DNA of 13,957 nt, taken from positions 1 to 13,957 of the forward strand of contig NW_021825950.1 of NCBI RefSeq assembly GCF_006345805.1. The letters are read 5' to 3'. The DNA is from Octopus sinensis (taxonomy: Eukaryota). Each line of letters starts with the position of its first letter. Within the stretch, counting starts at the first letter, position 1. The notes below the pieces were generated by a model. The model saw nothing but the letters and a program-made list of their open reading frames with translations. It had not been told where the DNA came from and searched no databases. The position numbers were made by a program, and so were the translations under genes. Positions 1-7,929 of this stretch are shown here, piece after piece.

Positions 1-101
1 GTATGTATGCGTGTATGTATGTATGTATGTATGTGTGTAATGTATGGTATGTATGTATGTATGTTGTATATGTGTATATATGTATATATGTGTGTATGTA
101 T
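1..101. repeat. Imperfect (TATG)n/(TG)n microsatellite in engrailed intron 1
   Basis: Direct reading: gtatgtatgt... units, located past the splice donor on the minus strand. Confidence 0.9.
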
Positions 102-158
102 GACGAGATTTAGCAAAAGTACTCGAGTCACAATCAAAGTAATATAGAAATAGCTTTT

Positions 159-164
159 ACTCAC
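159..164 (-). other. 5' splice donor of engrailed intron 1 (phase 1, within the Gly codon of RPSSG)
   Basis: Minus strand reads CCA TCC TCT G|GTGAGT AAA, a consensus donor. Engrailed genes typically have an intron at this SSG/PR position. Confidence 0.9.
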
Positions 165-213
165 CAGAGGATGGGCGATCCGAGTATCGGGTACAGAACA
201 CCCAGGCCGGGTA
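165..213 (-). other. Engrailed EH2 motif (Pbx/Exd interaction region)
   Basis: Translation YPAWVFCTRYSDRPSS(G). Confidence 0.93.
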
Positions 214-2739
214 TTTAAATGAATTATCACTTTCACTATTATCATTATTATTTCTATTATTATTTTCATTATTGTTGTCATTATTATTATTATTATTTTT
301 ATTGCTTATTTTTTTAATTGTTGGCGCTTTTGTGAATTCTCTGTTTTTGTGAAGTTGTAAAGATTCTGTAGAAGTTCCGAGTCCTGTGGAAGATGATTCT
401 GTAAATAACGATGATGATGATGATGTTGGAGGTGATGATGACAAAGATGATGATGATGAAGACGACGATGATGATGACGATGAAGACGATGATGACGACA
501 ATGACGACGAAAACGAATGAAACGATGACGATAATAAAGACAACGATGATAACGAAGACGAAGATAACAATAACGACGATGATGATGTTGATGATGTTGA
601 TGATGGTGGTGGTGGTGGTAATGATGGAGAAGATGTGATTTCGCAGTCATCTTTTTTAGACTTTTCCGATAACTGTGACGCGGTTTCGAACCCGTTATAG
701 CAAGCATAGCAACTGTCTTTGGCTTTACGGTGGATCGAACCCTGCACCTGTTTGATGGACGCAACGAAATTGTCCTCAGATTTTCTGAAATGGTTCTTGT
801 AATTGCCATTGTCGTCGCCGTCGTCGACCTCGTTGTTGTTTTTGCTGTGTTTCCTGTCAAATCCTTTAAAATTTTGACCAAATTCCGGTTTAAGAATGTC
901 TGCAATTAAAAAGTTGGTAAACCTTTTCGTGATTTCAGCATTTGTAGTAGCCGTAGTAGTAGTAGTGTTTGTGTTGGTGTTAGTACTGCTGTGGTGGTGG
1001 TGGTGGTGGTGATGGTGATGGTGGTGGTCATTGCCGTGGTGTTTGTGACGGTCAACTACTGGCGGTGGCGTTAGTAGTCGTCGGTTATTAGCATCACCTT
1101 TAGCCATCACGTCCTCTCCTCCGCCCGCACCTCCTCCACCGTTTACGGACCTCATCTCATCTGCGTCTCCCACAACTAACTTACAGATGCTGCCGAGAAC
1201 GTCTCTGCCGCTACACAAGCCGCCGCCGCCGACGCCAACGCCGCCGCTGCTGCTGCTGCTGTTACTGCTGCTGTTGTTGTTGTTGTTGTTGATGTAGTCG
1301 TCGCCGCCGCCGCCGCCATCGGTGTCATCTGCGTCGTTGTCGTCGTCGCCGTAGTGATCTCGCTGTGATTCGCCGTCGCCGTCGCCGCCGCAGGGGCGGT
1401 AATTCTGCTGACGATGACGACGGGCATGATGATGATGCTGCTGATGATGGTTACGATGATGGTGAGGATGCGAGGACAGCGAAGAATAATGATGACGATG
1501 TCGTTGTTGTTGTTGTTGCTGTTGTCGTTGGATGATGGGATTTATGTGATGAAGGAGATGACGTGGATGAGGGTGGGGTGGAACATGACCGGAAGTTAGA
1601 TAATTATAACGACGATGATGATGATGATTGTGAAGATGATGATGATGATGATGATAGCGATGACGATGTTGGCGGCGAAAATTATGCATAATGTTGTTGT
1701 TTTTGTTGTTGACAGAGAATAAAAGACGATGGGGTTGGTTGTGGGGGTGGTGGCCATGGTTTTGTTGTAGCGATTTTTCTGTGTTTGTGGTTGTTGTATC
1801 GGCGGTCATATTGTCAGTGTTGTTGTTGTTGTTGCTGTTGTTGTCTGAGCAGAATTCACTGCCCATGTCTGCTGCGCTGGGGTCCAGATCCTTGACCTCA
1901 CCGTTGTCACATGCAGCAGCATTATTTTCCGTAGTCCCCTCCTCTTCCACTTCCTCCTCCTCTTCCACTTCCACTTGACGGCCACACAGACTGCGCTTGG
2001 CCACATCTTCTTCGTCCTGTCTTTCATTATCGTAGTCACTATTATCGACGTGATAGTCACATGGAGTGCCGCTACCACTTTTTCGTTCGAAGTCACTGTC
2101 CACTTGACAATCTTTTTCCTCTTCGACACCTTCTCCTTCTCTTCTTCTTCCTTCTTCTTCGTCTTCTTCTTTCCCTCGTTCTTCGTTCTCACAATTCATC
2201 TTCTCACAACCATCGAAGAAATCAACATCATTCGTAACCTCCATCACCTTCTTCCCCACCGTGGGGCTCAAATGCGGGTCAGGGTCGATGATGTGAGGGT
2301 CTTCGGAATACGGACTGGCGCCGAAAGTCGGGTCATCACGGTTCGGGTGAACATTAGCGTCGGAATCACAAGCAGCGAGTTGAAGCATTGCAGCGGTCTT
2401 CATGTTGTCGATGCTGATGATGCTGTGATTGTTTGGGGGTAATTCCAGGTGGATGGGTTGGTGGTGGTGGTGGTGATGGTGGTAGGTCGCCGCCAAAGGA
2501 ATTAGATTGTTTTGGTAAGCAGTGAAGGAAGACGAAGAATTAGAAGAAGAAGAATAGGAAAAATACGGGTAGGTATAAGAATAGCTGTATGAATAAGGGT
2601 ACGATATGTAAGATGTATAGGGGTAGTACGTGTGGTGGATATGCGCGGCGTGAGCTTTGGTGAAATAGCCACCTGCCGAAGTTCGAACCAGCTTCGCTAG
2701 GCTTCCGCGGCTCTTGTTTTCATCGTCTTCATCCGGCAT
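165..2739 (-). CDS. en: Engrailed-family homeobox transcription factor, first coding exon (partial CDS; homeodomain exon outside window)
   Basis: Stop-free frame containing eh1 (RFTNFLIADILKPEFG, similar to vertebrate En RITNFFIDNILRPEFG) and EH2 (YPAWVFCTRYSDRPSSG, canonical WPAWVYCTRYSDRPSSG), ending at a GTGAGT donor. First ATG of the open frame is at 2739 in ACC-ATG context. The alternative starts at 2403 and 2388 cannot be excluded. Confidence 0.92.
877..921 (-). other. eh1 Groucho/TLE-binding repression motif
   Basis: Translation FTNFLIADILKPEFG fits FxIxxIL with the engrailed-type PEFG extension. Confidence 0.9.
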
Positions 2740-2780
2740 GGTGTTTGTGAGTTGTGAGGTGTTTTGAAACAAGCGAAGTT

Positions 2781-3142
2781 GGTTGGGGTGAGAGAAAGAG
2801 GGTAGGAGAAAATAGAGGAGAGGAAGAGAAAGGGGAGGAGGTGGAGGAGGAGAGGAAGTCAGAGAGAGAAAGAGAGAGAGTGAAACTGGAGGAGAAAGAA
2901 GTAGAGGAGACGAGAGAGAGAGAGATAAAGATGGAAGAAGAGAAAGAATAGAGCGAGTGAGAGAGAGGATGGGGGGAGGAGAAAGAAATAGGAAAGATGA
3001 TACAGAGAGGCAGAGAAGGAGTAGGAGGAATAGAGAGAGAGAGAGAGGCTGGGGGGGAGTGAAAGAGAGGGGACGAAACAGGAAGAGAGGTAAAAGTAGA
3101 GAGAACGAGGGTAAGAGAAGAAGAGAGGGAGAGAGATAAGAA
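2781..3142. repeat. Polypurine (GA-rich) / polypyrimidine low-complexity tract, probable 5' UTR or proximal promoter
   Basis: About 360 bp almost entirely G/A on the + strand, immediately upstream of the first ATG. Confidence 0.85.
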
Positions 3143-3335
3143 AATGCGGCCAATACTCAGTCGGAATGACGCGGCGCCACTACCGCCACCACCACCACCA
3201 CCATCACTACTACTACTACTACTACTATTCCACTATAAATAGTAACAAAACAAGTAAAAAAACTATAAATATATGGAGGAACAGAAATACAATAACAACA
3301 ACAACAACGATTTCGTTCACTTCTTTTCGGCTGAC

Positions 3336-3366
3336 ATTTTATAAATGAAAGAGTTTCTTCTCTCTC

Positions 3367-3425
<59 letters not shown>

Positions 3426-3485
3426 CTTCTCTGCTCCCTTCACAATGTTCAAGTAGGCGGGGCCAGACCCTGGTGCCTGACGTTA
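3336..3485 (-). promoter_or_regulatory. Candidate engrailed core/proximal promoter
   Basis: Minus-strand TATAAAAT (3343-3336), (GA)n tract (3359-3432), GC box AGGCGGGGCC (3455-3464) and CRE-like TGACGTTA (3478-3485), in a plausible order for leftward transcription. Motif evidence only. Confidence 0.4.
3359..3432. repeat. (CT)n/(GA)n microsatellite
   Basis: Direct reading. Confidence 0.95.
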
Positions 3486-3629
3486 ACCAAAATGTAAAGG
3501 GTTGTAAGTCAATGAACAGTAGGGGTAACAGCTCCTTTATTATTATTATTATTTTTTTTTATCAATAGATTACTTCTAAAGTGGGTAAAAATACAACAAA
3601 ACAACAAACAAAAACACTCATGGCTTCCC

Positions 3630-3678
3630 ACCACCACCACCGCCGCCGCCGCCGCCACCACCACCACCACCACCACCA
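3630..3678. repeat. Compound (CAC)n(CGC)n(CAC)n trinucleotide repeat
   Basis: Direct reading. Confidence 0.9.
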
Positions 3679-3817
3679 ATTTCTCATTTGTTACCTATTT
3701 ATAATTAGTAATTACTTAATAGCTCTCTCTCTCTACGGCGAATGGATGACGGGACGGGGAGTGCGTCGGACAAACATTTATCTTGCCTGGTTACCATTTT
3801 TTTTTAAAACTTTTATC

Positions 3818-3990
3818 CTTTGTTTCAGTTACTGGACCTGCGACCATGCTGGGGCATCGCCTGGAAGGGTTTTAAGTGAAACGATTCGACCCCAGTACGT
3901 ATTCATATTCTTTCTTTTAAGCTTGCTAGTCATCCTATTTGTCCGCTAAGTTACGGAGACATAAACAAACCACCACCGGTTGTCAAGCGG
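3818..3990 (-). mobile_element. SINE family A, 3' half (diverged)
   Basis: Aligns by eye with 13491-13652 (ttgtttc...ctgcg..catgctgg.gca.cgcct...cgacccc...cgctaagttacgg.gac...ggttgtcaag). Confidence 0.8.
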
Positions 3991-3998
3991 TGTTGGCG

Positions 3999-4085
3999 TA
4001 TACATATATATCTATCTAATATATATATATATATATTATAATATATAATATATATATACATATATATACATATCTATATATATAT

Positions 4086-4132
<47 letters not shown>

Positions 4133-4625
4133 ATATATATGTATACATGTATATATATATATATACTATATACATATATATATATATATATACATGTATA
4201 TATAATATATATGTGTGTGTGTGATATATATGTATATATATACATGTATATATATATATACATGTATATGTATATATATATATATACATGTATATATATA
4301 TATACATGCTATATATATATTATATATTATATAATATATATATATATATATATATACTGTATAATATATTAATACATGTATATATATATAATATATATAT
4401 ATATTTACATGTATATATATATATATATATATACATATACATACATACACACATACCTATATATATATATGAATCATACACACACACATATAAATAGATG
4501 TTATGTGTGTGGTGTGTGTGTGTCTACATTGTTCCAGGTTTAGTCCCACTGCATGGCATCCTGGCAAGTGTTTTCGGATATATATACATACACACCTATA
4601 TATATATATATATATAATATATATA

Positions 4626-4658
<33 letters not shown>

Positions 4659-4772
4659 CATAGGTGTGTATGTATATATATATATATATGTATATATATA
4701 GGTGTGTATGTATATATAGATATATAGGTGTGTATGTATGTATATATATTTACACACACACACCGTCGAGAA
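3999..4772. repeat. Long compound (TA)n microsatellite with CATG, (TG)n and (CA)n interruptions
   Basis: Direct reading. It is the source of the spurious YI-repeat ORFs. Confidence 0.95.
4525..4575 (+). mobile_element. SINE family A, short head fragment in opposite orientation
   Basis: gttccaggtttagtcccactgcatggcatcctggcaagtgtttt matches the reverse complement of about 13835-13883. Confidence 0.65.
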
Positions 4773-4779
4773 AATTCTC

Positions 4780-4896
4780 TGCCAAATCACCCCCCCCCAA
4801 GGACTCTAGTCGGAAACGCTTGCTAAGGTGACCACGCCGTGCGGCTGAAGCCAGAACCGTCTGTTTGCAAAGCGAGTTTCTTAACCACAGAGGCCA
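4780..4896 (-). mobile_element. SINE family A, diverged 5' head
   Basis: ccaaatc...aagg...ttgctaaggtgaccacgc.gtg.g.ctgaa.cc.gaacc...ttaaccacag aligns with 13795-13917. Confidence 0.7.
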
Positions 4897-5018
4897 ATTT
4901 CCTCGTTCTGGGCTCAATTCCTCCTCCCGTACCAACTTTAGTAAAACACCTGAATTTATTTCACTGCCAAGTGTGTGGTGAGTGCGACTGTTATTACATA
5001 AGTGTGTAACAAATACAC

Positions 5019-5049
<31 letters not shown>

Positions 5050-5051
5050 AG

Positions 5052-5085
<34 letters not shown>

Positions 5086-5086
<1 letters not shown>

Positions 5087-5433
5087 GACCCCAGGACTTA
5101 TTCTTTTGTAAGCCTAGTACTTATTCTATCGGTCTCTTTTGCCGAACCACTTAGTTACGGGGACGTGAAACACACAACATCGATGGTCGTGGAGGCCAAA
5201 CTCAGACACACACACACACACACATATATATTTATATATGTTGAGGGGACAAACACATACACACACATATCTATATGTGTGTGTGTGTGTATGACGGACT
5301 TCTTTCAGTTTCCGTCTACCAAACTCACTCACAAGACTTTGGTCTCCCCGAGGCTATATTTGCCCAAGCTGTCACACAGTAGGACTGAACCCGGAACCAT
5401 CTGGTTGGAAAGCAAGCTTCTTACCACACACCC
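5086..5433 (-). mobile_element. SINE family A, near-complete copy with internal microsatellite
   Basis: 5086-5180 closely matches 13550-13640, and 5292-5433 matches 13767-13915. A (CA)/(TA)/(TG) tract lies in between. Confidence 0.88.
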
Positions 5434-5439
5434 AGTAAT

Positions 5440-5676
5440 TGATATATGTATATGTATGTGTGTGTGTGTATTAGTATAAACGTTAAATAAATAAATAAAT
5501 ATTTATTTATTTATTACAAACATTTATAATATATGTAATATATATTATTGGTGTGTGTGAGTGTGTTTTGGTGTGTATATATATATATATATATATATGT
5601 ACACACAAACACACTCACACACACCACACACACAACACATATATATATATATATATATATATCTATATATATATAT

Positions 5677-5715
<39 letters not shown>

Positions 5716-5776
5716 GAGAGAGAGTGAGAGAGACAGACAGACAGACACTCATATGTGCGTATGTGTGTGCGTGTGT
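5440..5776. repeat. Compound (TA)/(TG)/(CA)/(GA) microsatellite region
   Basis: Direct reading. Confidence 0.9.
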
Positions 5777-6001
5777 AGATAAAGGCTTGAAAGAATGATG
5801 CTGAGGAGTTCGATTCCACTATAGTCTCGAACCAAGTAATGCCTCGTGAATCGTCTTCAGACCCTTATAAAACCCCAGACAAACCCGATATATCAGGACC
5901 TTTTATACGCTCCCAAAACTTACATAGATTAGTAATTGGACCCCTACACCTGTGAAGTCTCTGGTAACTACTTACAAAGTATGCGCCTGACTTAATTGGT
6001 C

Positions 6002-6027
6002 GCCACCTGGGTATGCCACCTGGGTAT
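6002..6027. repeat. Perfect 13-bp tandem duplication GCCACCTGGGTAT x2
   Basis: 6002-6014 is identical to 6015-6027. Confidence 0.95.
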
Positions 6028-6228
6028 CGATTTTCTTTCTACACGGCGCCATGGCCGTTATCGAGTGAAACAAACCTGCTTCACTTGCTCCTCCCTCTCT
6101 TATGTGAAAAATTAAATAGTGTAATTAAAATTACCTTAATTAGAAAGGTGATGGGGTGATTAACTATTTGATATGGCGGAGCAAATAATTAAAGGTAATG
6201 TGGTATTTAGCTATGGAACTCTTAACCT

Positions 6229-6310
6229 GGAGTTCAAATCTTCGTGTGGTCTATTTTTTATTTCGCCTTTCGAGGTCGATCAAAATAATACCAGCTGCGT
6301 ACTGGGGTTC
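6229..6310 (+). mobile_element. SINE family B fragment (diverged)
   Basis: B-box-like GAGTTCAAATC followed by cctttcgaggtcgat.aaaataa.taccag...actgggg. This resembles, from memory, the Meta/MESC-type SINE central domain. It is related to the reverse complement of 6411-6470. Confidence 0.55.
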
Positions 6311-6410
6311 ATATATTTGGCTACAATATCACACAATCAACAAAATACGTAGCTTCACCGGCTATTTTACGTATCAGCATCATCATCATCATCGTCGTCG
6401 TCGTCATCAT

Positions 6411-6540
6411 TTTATTGACCAAGAAAGGGTTAAAAGCAAAATTGACATTAGTGGAATGTGGACTGAGAATGTAAAGTCGGACGAAAATGGTGTAACGCAC
6501 TTTGTCCGGCGTGCCTAACGGTTTTGTCACTACACCACCT
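6411..6540 (-). mobile_element. SINE family B, 5' part (diverged)
   Basis: Reverse complement reads ...cgttaggcacgccggacaaa...tttcgtccgactttacattctcagtccacattcc...tttgcttttaaccctttcttggtcaataaa, a tRNA-like head plus the same central motif as 6229-6310. Confidence 0.6.
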
Positions 6541-6550
6541 TCATAGTGAA

Positions 6551-6556
6551 AATAAC

Positions 6557-6607
<51 letters not shown>
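6551..6607. repeat. (AAT)n microsatellite
   Basis: Direct reading. Confidence 0.95.
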
Positions 6608-6609
<2 letters not shown>

Positions 6610-6851
6610 ATGCCCTGAAGCAGTGGCTCTCATGGCTTCTGATCTTAACTGATTGGAAATATTATCATGTTCATGTTTTGTATTGGCATAAAAAGATGGG
6701 CCATAGTTGAGCATGTCCCTCAGTGGCTGACGATATGTGCATCTCTGATCACGAGCAGAAGTAGTGGTGGAGCATCATAGCCATGTGTTGAGAGGGATTC
6801 TTTGGGGGTTTGGATAATTCACCTCTGGAAACATGGGTGTTTCGTTCAACA
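6608..6851. mobile_element. (AAT)n-associated interspersed repeat, copy 1 (unclassified)
   Basis: Shares TTGG(C/T)ATAAAA(A)GATGG and AGTTGAGCAT anchors with 11183-11340. Both copies abut long (AAT)n runs. Confidence 0.55.
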
Positions 6852-6884
6852 CACACACACACACATATATACATATGTATGATA

Positions 6885-6924
<40 letters not shown>

Positions 6925-6965
6925 TATATATATATCATGATTATGTATGTATGTAATGTATGTAT

Positions 6966-7362
6966 ATGTGTAAAAAATATATATAAAAATACAAAATGGG
7001 ACAAGAACGCCAGCTAAGCTAAGTTGAACTGTCTATAGTCGTAAGACACCCGTTGTTTTGTCCTGTTATTATTGTTATTTGTTTTTTGTATTTATATTCG
7101 TGTGGCCTCGTCCGTTTTTCTGTCCTTGTTTCGTATACATTCGATCCTTTTTCCAAGAAATCTAATGCTCGTAGCTTAGTTTTTCCTTGGGGCTGGCCGG
7201 ATCGGAGCGATCTCAAGATTAATCAGCCGAAATTGCGAGGATGATCCGGTTCTTGACTGAAGATTAGAGGCTTCGAATGACCCGTCCGTTTTTTTGTGTC
7301 GTCTATTTGAATGTTTTGCGTTCTTGTCCCATTTTGTATTTTTATATATATTTTTTATACAT
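6966..7362 (+). mobile_element. Penelope-like repeat copy 1: truncated body with inverted duplication of its own 3' end
   Basis: Body 7007-7345 is the reverse complement of 7937-8276 and homologous to about 9990-10365. There is a perfect 40-bp inverted repeat at 6971-7010 / 7318-7357. The Penelope class is inferred from architecture. Confidence 0.65.
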
Positions 7363-7402
7363 AAATTATTGCGGCGTAACTAGACCTTGTTCTCTTATAC
7401 GT

Positions 7403-7457
<55 letters not shown>

Positions 7458-7459
<2 letters not shown>

Positions 7460-7714
7460 TTCCGAAAAGCTCTACCTGCGACGATTTCACCTCAATCGAA
7501 GGAGAGGAGCTTTCTCCGTCCGGGTTGCGGATCCGTGGAACAAGCTGCCAGACGAGATGGGGAAGATGCCGACGACCGCTTTGTTCAAAGCCTCCCTTGA
7601 CCTCAAGTGGCCTGAACTCTTTACATGAACACCACCCTGTACTTAACTCCATGTTCCCCTACATGGCCTTGCTATTTGCTTTTGAGCCAAATTAACTAAC
7701 TAACTAACTAACTA
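7458..7714 (+). mobile_element. 5'-truncated CR1/L2-group LINE 3' end (ORF2 C-terminus, 3' UTR, (TAAC)n tail)
   Basis: 7458-7628 translates without interruption as HSEKLYLRRFHLNRRRGAFSVRVADPWNKLPDEMGKMPTTALFKASLDLKWPELFT*, fitting the CR1 pattern H..KL...R..FS.RV...WN.LP.......FK..LD. A short UTR and a TAAC repeat tail (7693-7714) follow. Confidence 0.85.
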
Positions 7715-7929
7715 CATATATATACGAGGTACATATACATATACGTACATAGGTATTTAACGTGTGTGCATGGTATACAGTATAAATAAGTATATGATTG
7801 GATAGATAGATGGATAGATAGACAGACAGACAGACAAGTAGACAGGTACTATAAATATATATGTATACATATATGTAGGTGCTCATGTGGTGCCTTCTTG
7901 TATGTATGTATATATATATATATGTTTTA

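Noticed and set aside
157-164. Apparent stop after RPSSGE, suggesting a homeodomain-less truncated protein
   Set aside because: The GE* codons are the GTGAGT splice donor at the conserved engrailed intron position.
306-2442. Overlapping alternative-frame and antisense ORFs within the engrailed exon
   Set aside because: Expected by-products of trinucleotide repeats, with no recognisable motifs.
2740-3153. N-terminal 138 aa of the 998-aa ORF (Leu/Ser/Pro-rich, signal-peptide or membrane-like)
   Set aside because: It starts at TTG, and a pyrimidine-rich strand is nearly stop-free by composition. More likely 5' UTR.
4036-5819. Many YI/CV/HT-repeat ORFs (also at 10242-11264 and 13616-13894)
   Set aside because: Translations of microsatellites and SINE sequence.
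6966-7362. MITE or DNA transposon interpretation of the terminal inverted repeats
   Set aside because: Other copies extend beyond the left repeat and lack it. The inverted arm is a copy-specific junction, and no clear TSD is seen.
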